NCBI GenBank assembly: GCA_048939765.1
Contig: JBHLPF010000024.1
Span: forward strand, 13,776 to 57,345
DNA: 43,570 bases
Source of the DNA: Promethearchaeota archaeon
Lineage (GTDB): Archaea; Asgardarchaeota; Thorarchaeia; Thorarchaeales; Thorarchaeaceae
Reading direction: 5' to 3'
Positions 16,645 through 25,893 of the stretch are shown piece after piece. The stretch's first letter is position 1, and every line of letters starts with the position of its first letter. The translations under genes and the position numbers were made by a program. The notes beneath the pieces were generated by a model, which was given only the letters and a program-made list of their open reading frames with translations, searched no databases and was not told the origin of the DNA.

Positions 16645-19314
16645 TTAGGCACCTCCTATGTGGCGAAAGTGAGTGTCCCCAACGGTTACAGTGAGTTCAT
16701 TGCCTCTTTGTTCATATGTCACTAGATAGATAATTTCTGGATTCTTGGGGTCTCTTAGATACGCTCTGGTGGCACGCGGGAACAATTTGCCTAGACTCCG
16801 AATCTCTGTATTGCGCAAGTACTCCAAGAAGTCTTCTCCAATCCCAACGGTCAATTCGGCTGACACTGCTGATGCCTCCGTGAGCATTTGTTTCAGACTC
16901 TCTGCGAAGACTTGCTCCATTTTCTCTTGAGCAATATCCATACTATCCAGTTTCTGAGTTAGTAGGTCTCGGAGATCAAGATAATGCTGCATTTCAGGGG
17001 GTGGCGGAGGCTTTTCAGGAACTGGAATCTCTTCCATTTCAGGAAATTGATTGTTCACCTCTACGATTCTCACATCGAGTGATTGTGGACGCTTCGGCTC
17101 TGTAGGTAATGGAAGAGGCTCAATGACAGCCGGGGAAGGCTCGCCGAGCGCTAGAGAAGGCACTTCCTCGGCCAATGCCTTTGCAGCTTCCAAGGCTCTG
17201 CGATGTTTCTCCATCTCAATCTCATATTGGGCCTTCTCCTCATTGTACTGAGATTCAGCTAGAGCAATAGCCTCTGCACGTTTCTTGTTATTCTCGCGGA
17301 TGGGTTGATTTTCTGACTCAATGCGTTCGCAAGTCCCTTCCCAATCTTCTACAATCAGCTGGTATGCTTTCTCCTGCTGGTTGGCTTCGAAGGTGACCTT
17401 GTCTACAATGGCCTGCGCTGATGACCCCAAACCAACTTTGTTATGCACATATCTAAGCAATGCCAAGAATCTCTCAGGGGTTTTCGTCTGCGGCGTGATG
17501 GTTTCCAGATAGCCTCTAATCCATACCCGAGCCTCGTTTCTCCATTCATCGGGCTTTTGGGTCATGCTTTCAATGAACTCGCCAATTTCCTTAGTCAAGT
17601 CTGCGCCTTCATCAAGGGCTTTGTCAATGACCTTTCTTATCAGGGTCTTTGAAAGCAGAGTATCTGCAACATTGGGAATGATATTCAGCACAAGGTCCTC
17701 GAAGGTTTCCAATATGGCCAAGATGGCCCGCTCATCCTGAGAGATCTCCGCAGCTTCTGACTCGTCCGTGTATTTGGTGGCAATCTCCGATTTCGCGATT
17801 TCAGCTACATCGCTGAATCCGACAAGATCCCATATTTCAATGCGATCAAATGCCTCGAGCATGTCCTTGTTTATTATTGCCAGAATCTCATCCAAGTTTC
17901 TGTAAACTGAGCCTTCATAAGACACTCTGTCGAAAATGGCATTCATTTGAGAATGCAGTTCGACATAGAACTTGTCGAATAGCATCTTATCAATAGCTTC
18001 AGTTGTGGACGATTTCATATCTTCTTGGAATCTGTTTAGGGCAGTCATGAAAGCTTGACGGGCGGCGGTAACGACCAGAAACTGATTCATTGCATCTGGG
18101 AAGTATCGCATTGCACGTTTCGCATAGAGGTTATAGTATGATACAGTACTACTAAGCCTCCATGCTCGTACCTCTGGAATATCATAGAAGCTGCGCTGTG
18201 CAGATTTCACCAGCTCTTCTGCAAGTGCCTGTGCAATTTCCTTTCTGAATCCAACGAATAAGTCATTATGCATGTCGATTTGATTCAATATCTCCGTTTT
18301 ATGGTCAGGCAGAGAGAGGGTCTTTCCTGATGTGACATGCTGCTCTGTTACCTTCTCAAAAGATTCAACAGATTCGGTGGCTAATGAAACAAACTCATCC
18401 AACTCCCTCTTGAATGAATGCAAATCACGGAGTGACACCTCACTCTTGCCAAGAAATTCCGTGAACTTCGTAGTCATGGTATTCGCGATATCGACTTCCT
18501 CTTTACTATAGGCGTACGTGTTCAGCTCACTAAGGATTGCGCGTCCAGCTTCTGGCACCTTAACAGCAATTGCATCGAGACCACGGGGGGTGAGTAATCT
18601 ATGTTTGAAATGCCTTAGAACTGCCTCTTCACTCTCCCTGGGAAGGAAGAATTCGAGAAGAGTCCGATCCATAACTTTTATCCCAGGCGGAAGAAGTGTG
18701 AAATCTTCTCGGATGTTCATGGTCACTTCAATCTCCTTATCCACATGCTCAGATTTGAGCTGAAGAGAGTCCCAAGATGCTTGAAAGCGTCTGTCCAACA
18801 TCTCGACGAATATGACGCGATTTAGACGGTCATTGAACCTTCGGAGTACAGGTAGGCCATACGTCTCGTAACTCATTCCATTGCTGATGATTGCACTCTC
18901 TATATCGGACATCTTCTTGGAGAGAGTCTGCATATGTTCGTCAATCTTGAATGGATCAACCGCTCCCTTTTCCCAGCTTAGAATGACAACATGGGATCCA
19001 ATACCTCCGGAAGTACCTCCGGCCACCACAAGTTGTTCAGGAAGAACTCCAGGACCTGGTTTTCGTTCCAAGTCCCATTCGAGTGATAGGAGTTCGAGGC
19101 CCTCAGCGTCTAGGAGAGCATCACGTATCGTGAAAACGAGAGGGGCGATATTCATCGCTACCGCATCCGAGTTCTCCTCCATCATGCTCCCTGAACCCAC
19201 AGCACTTCCCAAAGGATAGCCAAGATTCGTGGTAGTGCCAAGAACTGAAGCAGATGCCATTCTAATGGCCTCCACTGTACTTGGAGTGTCGACTTTCTTT
19301 TCCGCCCGACTCAT
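16645..19314 (-). CDS. Large hypothetical protein (889 aa): longin-like N-terminus, helical rod, coiled coil with a Pro-rich insert
   Basis: Long ORF with GGCGG upstream. The N-terminal beta-beta-alpha-beta-beta-beta-alpha pattern was judged by eye. EPLPLPTEPKRP and PVPEKPPPPPE segments. Confidence refers to the CDS; the domain call is weaker. Confidence 0.8.
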   Translation of the reverse strand: MSRAEKKVDTPSTVEAIRMASASVLGTTTNLGYPLGSAVGSGSMMEENSDAVAMNIAPLVFTIRDALLDAEGLELLSLEWDLERKPGPGVLPEQLVVAGGTSGGIGSHVVILSWEKGAVDPFKIDEHMQTLSKKMSDIESAIISNGMSYETYGLPVLRRFNDRLNRVIFVEMLDRRFQASWDSLQLKSEHVDKEIEVTMNIREDFTLLPPGIKVMDRTLLEFFLPRESEEAVLRHFKHRLLTPRGLDAIAVKVPEAGRAILSELNTYAYSKEEVDIANTMTTKFTEFLGKSEVSLRDLHSFKRELDEFVSLATESVESFEKVTEQHVTSGKTLSLPDHKTEILNQIDMHNDLFVGFRKEIAQALAEELVKSAQRSFYDIPEVRAWRLSSTVSYYNLYAKRAMRYFPDAMNQFLVVTAARQAFMTALNRFQEDMKSSTTEAIDKMLFDKFYVELHSQMNAIFDRVSYEGSVYRNLDEILAIINKDMLEAFDRIEIWDLVGFSDVAEIAKSEIATKYTDESEAAEISQDERAILAILETFEDLVLNIIPNVADTLLSKTLIRKVIDKALDEGADLTKEIGEFIESMTQKPDEWRNEARVWIRGYLETITPQTKTPERFLALLRYVHNKVGLGSSAQAIVDKVTFEANQQEKAYQLIVEDWEGTCERIESENQPIRENNKKRAEAIALAESQYNEEKAQYEIEMEKHRRALEAAKALAEEVPSLALGEPSPAVIEPLPLPTEPKRPQSLDVRIVEVNNQFPEMEEIPVPEKPPPPPEMQHYLDLRDLLTQKLDSMDIAQEKMEQVFAESLKQMLTEASAVSAELTVGIGEDFLEYLRNTEIRSLGKLFPRATRAYLRDPKNPEIIYLVTYEQRGNELTVTVGDTHFRHIGGA

Positions 19315-19408
19315 CTTGAAACCGCCTAGTGGTGAATCGAAATATCTAGGATAGAATGAGAAGATACTGCAAGGCTAATTATTGAATGTAGCTCGAATGG
19401 CCTCAAGT

Positions 19409-20353
19409 CTAAATCCGAGTCCAAACTCCTCTGTCATCGGCTCTTACCAATCCAGCCCCTTGGAGCCCCTGCAATACAACCGTTATCGTTGTAACTAGCA
19501 GGAATTCGTAGGTCTGCGGGATGGGTATGCTACGCGACTCTCTAATGTCGAAGACAAGTTGCTCCACATCTGCTTCATCTCGGGCTTCGAGATGATGCAA
19601 GATGCTGTCTTGGAAATGGATGATACCGTCTCCAACTTGCTCAAGCAACAATCGGACATCCTCAAAGAGATGAGGAATATCATGTCCAGGAAGTAAATAG
19701 TCAGCGCCAAGCGCCTTCATGGAAGAAATGGCGCTACTTCGTGCAGCTATACTTCCACTCAGGTCAATGTAGAACTTTCTCGGGTCATTTGGGAAGTTGC
19801 TAGCCTCATCCCCTGTGAAAAGAATCCTATTTGCTCTATCATGAAACACGCAATGACCTGCACTATGACCACCTGTATGAATTACATGTAGGATGATATC
19901 TCCAACATTTACTGTGTCACCATCGCGAAGTCTTCTGAAAGGTTCGACACCTTTGTAGTTCACACGAAGAGGTCCTCTGTCAACCTTCATTGTCATGCGC
20001 TCTGCAACATCAAGAGACATTCGCTCCTTTAGAAATAGTTGAGGTTCCTCAAGAATAGGAGCATCATCCTCTCCAATTAGTACAGGAGCACCAGTCTTCT
20101 TCTTCAATCTATATGCACCTCCCACATGGTCCGGATGCCCATGTGTACAGAGAATTCCCACAACATCACCTGAGCCAAGACCAAGACTGCGTATCAATTC
20201 AATAGTTCTATCTCCAGGGTCTCCAGCAGTGCCAGGATCGATGACTAGTACGCTTTCCCCACTCACAACTATGTAGGATGAGATAAAGCCAAACTCATCC
20301 GCGAACTTACCTCTAATCATGTAGACTCCTGGGATTATCTCTGAGGCCGCCAT
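19409..20353 (-). CDS. MBL-fold metallo-hydrolase with a C-terminal helical/winged-helix domain
   Basis: VIDPG, THGHPDHVGG, GHSAGH, FTGD, PGH; start placed at ATG 20353. Confidence 0.92.
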   Translation of the reverse strand: MAASEIIPGVYMIRGKFADEFGFISSYIVVSGESVLVIDPGTAGDPGDRTIELIRSLGLGSGDVVGILCTHGHPDHVGGAYRLKKKTGAPVLIGEDDAPILEEPQLFLKERMSLDVAERMTMKVDRGPLRVNYKGVEPFRRLRDGDTVNVGDIILHVIHTGGHSAGHCVFHDRANRILFTGDEASNFPNDPRKFYIDLSGSIAARSSAISSMKALGADYLLPGHDIPHLFEDVRLLLEQVGDGIIHFQDSILHHLEARDEADVEQLVFDIRESRSIPIPQTYEFLLVTTITVVLQGLQGAGLVRADDRGVWTRI

Positions 20354-20469
20354 CGCTATGCTTTTGGTAAATGACCATTCCTTATGATGATATCGTAAGT
20401 CAGTGATGCTTATCAACTGCCGAGCTAAAACTCTTGTCAACGAAACAAACCAATTGAGGCCGATATTGA

Positions 20470-20922
20470 ATGAAAGGAGTCTATGCACTCATCATCTCCA
20501 TTTCAGATGAGATAGAGGTCCCAATCGGTGCGATTGGACCACAGAAGTTTGAATCTGGCAAGTGGGTCTATATTGGCTCAGCATTTGGGAGCGCGTCGAC
20601 CAGCCTTGAACATCGTATACAAAGGCACTTTTCCAGTGAGAAGAAGTTTCACTGGCACATTGACCTGCTACTGGGGGTCACAGGCCCACCCAAGCAGGTG
20701 ATTTGGTCAGAATCTGAGAGGAAGAGGGAATGCGAGATTGCCAGCTTCCTAAAACAGCATGAGAAGTTCATTGCAGGGCCGAAAGGATTCGGTTCGTCTG
20801 ACTGTGGGGCGAAATGTGGTACTCATCTGTTCAGGCATAGTGGGAGTGGGACGGAGGAAACCATAAAGAAACTGTTTCGGGGGATTGGTCTTGAGCCTCG
20901 TTCATTAGAGGCCTTGCAATGA
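20470..20922 (+). CDS. Uri/GIY-YIG superfamily endonuclease (DUF123-like)
   Basis: MKGVYAL, YIGSAFG, RIQRH, HWHIDLL, ECEIA, GFGSSDC..CGTHL. Confidence 0.9.
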   Translation: MKGVYALIISISDEIEVPIGAIGPQKFESGKWVYIGSAFGSASTSLEHRIQRHFSSEKKFHWHIDLLLGVTGPPKQVIWSESERKRECEIASFLKQHEKFIAGPKGFGSSDCGAKCGTHLFRHSGSGTEETIKKLFRGIGLEPRSLEALQ

Positions 20923-20988
20923 AATATGGCACAGGTGGCAAGTGTTAAATGGCTGACATGATGAACTGCATCCACTGGAGAAATTGCC

Positions 20989-21201
20989 ATGCCAAACTGG
21001 AAGGAGATATTCACGAATCTCAATGAAACTCAGCAGACCTTCACCGTGTATCTGCGATATACACAGAAAGACACACTGGCGAAGATCTTGAATGTTAGAG
21101 TCTTTGAGGTGCATGATGACTATGTCAAACTTGAGAATCCAAGTGGGTTTGGAATACTTGCCTACGAAGATGTGCTCTACATAGTGATACCTAAAACTTA
21201 G
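20989..21201 (+). CDS. Small hypothetical protein, 70 aa, possibly an Sm/Hfq-like beta barrel
   Basis: GGAG ribosome-binding site; N-terminal helix followed by five short beta strands. Confidence 0.7.
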   Translation: MPNWKEIFTNLNETQQTFTVYLRYTQKDTLAKILNVRVFEVHDDYVKLENPSGFGILAYEDVLYIVIPKT

Positions 21202-21284
21202 TCAGTTCTGGCGGCGCATAAATCCTTATACGGTGAACCTTTTTAACATCGCATAGATGTTTCGTCTGATAGGTGATTGTCCCT

Positions 21285-22241
21285 ATGTCCGCTCCGGTCT
21301 ATATTCCAATTGAAGGAGAGCGTGTTGTATGCCAGGCTGCAGAGTCAGTAGTTAGTAACTATAGACTGGCTCAATTTGATAGAGGCTCCAACACCACGGT
21401 CAGTGTCCCACTTCACATTATCAAGGAGTATAAACTCACACCGAGATCCGCCATGTTCAAGGTTGTGAATGGAATAATCAACGTTATGGGAGCAATGTGT
21501 CGCAGAGAAGAAGTGCGTGGTGCATTGGGGCTAAGAGAGTTTGAGGAGCTGAATGCAGGTGATCAGAGGAAGCTCTGTGAGGTCTGTGGTGTTCCATTCG
21601 TTCACCCTGATCATCCGTATAATCGATGGACCACTATTGGCTATCACCGAAGGTTCTCAAGACATTTCTACTCAACATTTGCATGGCTAAGAGGAGAGGC
21701 GGTATTCACCTATTGGCCAGATGCATTCATTCTTACTAACTACCGCCTCTACATCTTTGATGATAGGAAAAAGAAGATGTACATGTTTCCTCTCCATATG
21801 GTTGAAACCTTCGAGGCTCGGAAGAACAGGTTAAGGATTAAGGCAACGTCTGGCGATTTTGATATCAGAGGAAGGGTCCCAAGACAGGACCATCTTCTCC
21901 AGATGTGGCAGCTACGAGAATGGGACAATCTTGCCAAGGATCATCTTGACTGGCTGATTAGACCATTCAGCTACATCAATCCGAGACATCCGCTATCACA
22001 GTACACCTATAGCGACTCTGCGTCAGTAGCAACACAGGTTGCTCAAGAAACAAGAGAAGAAGCTCAAGTCAGCTCGGCGGAGGCTGGTGCAGGGACTGTA
22101 TTTGTCAAGCCTGTCATTAAGAATCGCTGCGACCATTGCAATGCTCCCATGTCATGGGAATCAATAGATTGGGTCGGCCCAGATCAATATGCGTGTCCAA
22201 GCTGCGGTAATAGTCACAGGGTGGACTACGTTCGCATGTAA
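21285..22241 (+). CDS. Protein with two PH-like domains and a C-terminal Zn ribbon
   Basis: Internal repeat VVSNYRLAQFD..VPLHIIKEY / ILTNYRLYIFD..FPLHMVETF; CEVC, CDHC and CPSC; AGGTGA ribosome-binding site before ATG 21285. Confidence 0.7.
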   Translation: MSAPVYIPIEGERVVCQAAESVVSNYRLAQFDRGSNTTVSVPLHIIKEYKLTPRSAMFKVVNGIINVMGAMCRREEVRGALGLREFEELNAGDQRKLCEVCGVPFVHPDHPYNRWTTIGYHRRFSRHFYSTFAWLRGEAVFTYWPDAFILTNYRLYIFDDRKKKMYMFPLHMVETFEARKNRLRIKATSGDFDIRGRVPRQDHLLQMWQLREWDNLAKDHLDWLIRPFSYINPRHPLSQYTYSDSASVATQVAQETREEAQVSSAEAGAGTVFVKPVIKNRCDHCNAPMSWESIDWVGPDQYACPSCGNSHRVDYVRM

Positions 22242-22244
22242 TGA

Positions 22245-24137
22245 CTATGGATACTTGGCAGTCCATTCCAGTGATAGCCTTCGAATTGTTTCCTTAGTGG
22301 GTAGTCCTGTTTCCAAATCCCACCCTCTAAGCCTGTAGTAGTCATTAAGCATCGATTCAAGATCCACCACTTGACCTTTGCCGGGGCCTTCAGGCATCGG
22401 CTCATCAGTGAAGCGAGCCGGGAGTTTATCGTCCTTACGCGAAATACCTTCGCGTGCATTGAATAGTCGCTTCAGGTTTACCTGTCTTTCAGCTATCTCT
22501 GTGAGTGTGTCTACGCTACCAAACTCCTTGACACCGGTTGCCAAAGGCAACATATCTGCGAAATCCTGCATCCAGAATATTGGCGGCCACGAAACCGAGT
22601 ACCAACAGACGATCAACGTATCGCGGATGCAATAGCTATTTTCAGACTCGAATACTGCAGTTGCCTTATACTTCTCTGTGTACGGATCCACGATCTCTGG
22701 GAGCTTGTCGGCGCCCCAGCGCTCAGCAGCTATATCTTCATACCCCAGTTGATCAACGACAACGAGGCTTCTAAGATGGTCGGCTCCTCGAGCGCCAGTC
22801 GCATGCCCTAGACCAATACTCCGATGAGTTCTTCCATCTTGTCCGGAGATCTCCATTCCCTTCACATGAAGCGCATATTGCTCTGCGCCTTTGCCTATCT
22901 TCTGTGCGGCTTTAGCACTCCCTTCTGCGAGAATATCACCAAATCCCTCGCGCCTGCCCATCATCTCTAAAAGACGAATGGTCATTTCGCGATCGCCCCA
23001 TTGCAGACGAAGGCCACCAGTGTCCTTCTCATCTATTATGCCGTTCTCAAATGCCTCCATGGCAAAACCAATTGTCGCTCCAGCCGAGATGATGTCCATC
23101 CCATATCTATTGCATACCTGATTTGCCTTGAGCGTGGTTGGATAATCATCTATGCCAAGAGAGCTACCAAATGCCATGAGGCCTTCGTACTCAGGACCTT
23201 CTTCAAGTGTCCCGGCGAAGAGGCCCTCACGTACATAGTTGACCTTCTTGCAGCCAAGGCTACAACCGAAGCATGCTCGGTCAGAGATTGTATATCGAGG
23301 ACGAATATAGTCAGCTGCCAGCTTCTCCCATCCTGAGAATACACCAGTTCTATGGTTGTAGGTGGGCAGCTCTCCAATCTCTTGTTTCACTGCAGTTAGG
23401 ATCCAGGTTCCCCAGCGACCCATCTCCTGCGCTTGGGGATTATCTCTGACTCTTTGATGAGCCTTCTTTGCCAGCTGAGTAAAACCTTCATGGTCAAATA
23501 CTTCCACAGAACCATGACCACGAATTGCAATAGCCTTCACGTTCTTTGAGCCAAGGACTGCGCCCATCCCGGTCCGTCCCGCGGCTCTGGCATTATCGAC
23601 TATCACAGCGGAGAAGCGGACTTTGTTCTCCCCGGCCGGACCAATCGCAGCAACTTGTATTTCAGGGTCTTTATGCCTGTTCTTTATTGCCGCTGTGACA
23701 TCATTTGTTGTCATTCCCCAGAGGTCACTTGCATCAACAATCTGGAGATCATCGTCTTCAATGAGAATATAGACAGGCTTCTCGGCTGCGCCTTCAACAA
23801 CTAACATATCATATCCGGCGTACTTCAGCTCTGGCCCAAGAAAACCACCCACATGAGACTCACCCCATATGCCAGTCAGAGCAGCCTTTGATACGAATAC
23901 TGTTCTACCGCTCATTGGCCATAGTGTACCAGTTATGGGACCAGTCGCAATCATCAACTTGTTCTCAAGACCAAGTGGGTCTATGCGTCCAGGCACTTCT
24001 TCATAGAGGAGTTTGGCTGCAAAGCCATCACCACCTATGTAGTCATGAATCCATGCCATGGGAAGGGGTTCAGATTTGAAATCACCATCATTTAGAAGCA
24101 CACGGAGAATCCTGCCCTTGTATCCGCCATACTTCAA
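22245..24137 (-). CDS. aor: Tungsten-containing aldehyde:ferredoxin oxidoreductase family protein
   Basis: GYKGRILRV.L, IGPAGEN, AAGRTGMGAVLGSKNVKAI, CFGCSLGC, GPEYE, CNRYGMDIISAG, LAEG, RGADH, YYRLRGWD. TTG start at 24137 after GGAGAG. Confidence 0.95.
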   Translation of the reverse strand: MKYGGYKGRILRVLLNDGDFKSEPLPMAWIHDYIGGDGFAAKLLYEEVPGRIDPLGLENKLMIATGPITGTLWPMSGRTVFVSKAALTGIWGESHVGGFLGPELKYAGYDMLVVEGAAEKPVYILIEDDDLQIVDASDLWGMTTNDVTAAIKNRHKDPEIQVAAIGPAGENKVRFSAVIVDNARAAGRTGMGAVLGSKNVKAIAIRGHGSVEVFDHEGFTQLAKKAHQRVRDNPQAQEMGRWGTWILTAVKQEIGELPTYNHRTGVFSGWEKLAADYIRPRYTISDRACFGCSLGCKKVNYVREGLFAGTLEEGPEYEGLMAFGSSLGIDDYPTTLKANQVCNRYGMDIISAGATIGFAMEAFENGIIDEKDTGGLRLQWGDREMTIRLLEMMGRREGFGDILAEGSAKAAQKIGKGAEQYALHVKGMEISGQDGRTHRSIGLGHATGARGADHLRSLVVVDQLGYEDIAAERWGADKLPEIVDPYTEKYKATAVFESENSYCIRDTLIVCWYSVSWPPIFWMQDFADMLPLATGVKEFGSVDTLTEIAERQVNLKRLFNAREGISRKDDKLPARFTDEPMPEGPGKGQVVDLESMLNDYYRLRGWDLETGLPTKETIRRLSLEWTAKYP

Positions 24138-24138
24138 A

Positions 24139-24645
24139 TCAGCTCTCTCCGCTAGAACTAAATACATCAGCAGTGCGTTGTATCTCTTTGAGGTAGCTCA
24201 GAATCTTGGAGTGACGATCAACTGTTCGTACTGTAGATGTAGGCCCATAGACAATAGCTCCAGTCGGGCAGACTTTGGCACACTCAGGATCTCCACCACA
24301 ATGGTCACACTTGATAATCCTCATTCGTTCGTTGTCTAGAAGAATAACGCCATTAACACATGCGCCAACACAGGACTTACATAGAATGCATTTCTCCTCG
24401 ACAAGGAATGTCATTTTCGATATTGGATCTCGTCGTATGGCATAGACTGGGCAAATGTCAACACAAGGTGCTGTTTCGCAAGGTCCGCAGACATTTGGGA
24501 TATCTACACCAAGATCATCATACTTGATGATTTTCAGGCGCGCCAAGCTTGGCTGAAATTTGCCCTCATGTTTTGCGGAGCAGGCCAATTCACATATTCG
24601 ACAACCAGTACATTTGGCGAAATCAACAGACAATTGTGATGTCAG
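24139..24645 (-). CDS. 4Fe-4S dicluster (DmsB/HycB-like) electron-transfer subunit
   Basis: CTGCRICELAC, CGPCETAPCVDICP, CILCKSCVGAC, KCDHC..PECAKVCP. Start is CTG 24645 or GTG 24654. Confidence 0.92.
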   Translation of the reverse strand: MTSQLSVDFAKCTGCRICELACSAKHEGKFQPSLARLKIIKYDDLGVDIPNVCGPCETAPCVDICPVYAIRRDPISKMTFLVEEKCILCKSCVGACVNGVILLDNERMRIIKCDHCGGDPECAKVCPTGAIVYGPTSTVRTVDRHSKILSYLKEIQRTADVFSSSGES

Positions 24646-24713
24646 ATGGACCACCTCAGGATTCAACACGACTGCATAGCTGTGGAAAAAGCTTCCTGAA
24701 CGACAGTTTGCAG

Positions 24714-25781
24714 CTATTCTACTTCCACGACCCATCCATAAGGGTCTTCTCGTTCTCCTGATTGGATACCGACTATCTCATCATATAGTCTCTGAGTTAT
24801 TGGGCCAATTCCCCCATCACCAACAGGATGAGGGGTATCCTTATAGTGAAGAGTGCCGACAGGAGCAATTATTGCTGCAGTACCACATCCGAAGATTTCT
24901 TTGACTTTCCCATCTTTGATGCCGCTCATGACTTCATCAATTGATATCTTTCGTTCTATGACATTTAAGCCCCAGTCAGCCGCAAGCTGCAGAACCGAGT
25001 CCCTTGTGATGCCAGGAAGAATTGTGCCCGCTAGTGGAGGTGTCGCCAATTCATCATCAAACACCACAAAGATGTTCATTGTCCCGACTTCCTCGAGATA
25101 CTTTCTCTCATGCGCATCAAGCCATAAGACCTGTGAGTAGCCAGCCCGAACAGCCTGCGAACCTGCCAAGAGCCCCGCTGCATAGTTCCCCATAGTCTTG
25201 GCCGATCCTATACCACCATCTGCGGCTCTTACATGCTTGTCCGCAATCATGATGCCAACAGGATTGAAGCCTTCTTTGAAATAGGGCCCAACTGGACTCA
25301 GAATAACATAATACATGTACTCTGTGGAGGGTCTGACACCAAGCTTTGGTTCAGTACCAATCAATGTAGGACGTATATATAACGAGCTTCCAGGAACTTG
25401 TGGAACCCAGTCACGCTCAATATGAATCAGTTTCTTCAGGGACTCCAATGCAAATTCCTTGTCAAGAGTAGGCATCACCATCCTCTCTGCCGAAGAGTTC
25501 AATCGCTCTATGTTCTTATCAGGTCTGAATAGAAACACTCGCTCTCCGCGCCGATAAGCTTTCAGTCCTTCAAAAATGCCTTGACCGTAATGTAGCACAA
25601 GAGCTGCAGGATTCAACGATAGGTTCTGGAAAGGTCCTATGAGAGGATCGTTCCACTTCCCATCCGAGTAAGTCATTGAGAGCATATGGTCAGTGAACAC
25701 TGTACCAAAGGCAACACTCAAGACATCTTTTGGCTTGGGTTTTTGATTCTCCTTCGGAACAAGATCAATCCTCAAATCCAT
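24714..25781 (-). CDS. ilvE: Branched-chain amino acid aminotransferase (bacterial/eukaryote-type long form)
   Basis: FGTVFTDHM, LHYGQGIFEGLKAYR, LYIRP, AKTMGNYA, EEVGTMNIF, ILPGITR, GTAA. Confidence 0.95.
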   Translation of the reverse strand: MDLRIDLVPKENQKPKPKDVLSVAFGTVFTDHMLSMTYSDGKWNDPLIGPFQNLSLNPAALVLHYGQGIFEGLKAYRRGERVFLFRPDKNIERLNSSAERMVMPTLDKEFALESLKKLIHIERDWVPQVPGSSLYIRPTLIGTEPKLGVRPSTEYMYYVILSPVGPYFKEGFNPVGIMIADKHVRAADGGIGSAKTMGNYAAGLLAGSQAVRAGYSQVLWLDAHERKYLEEVGTMNIFVVFDDELATPPLAGTILPGITRDSVLQLAADWGLNVIERKISIDEVMSGIKDGKVKEIFGCGTAAIIAPVGTLHYKDTPHPVGDGGIGPITQRLYDEIVGIQSGEREDPYGWVVEVE

Positions 25782-25893
25782 CGTTGTTCCCTCAAGCAAT
25801 GGTCTATTCTACCTCCTCATAAAGTCTAGGTATTATCCAGATGTGTGAATCATTTATTAGCAGAAATCGGAATGAGCCAACTAGGTGCATCCA

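Noticed and set aside
20470-20922. Homing endonuclease or intron
   Set aside because: It is a stand-alone DUF123-type gene common in archaea and does not interrupt another gene.
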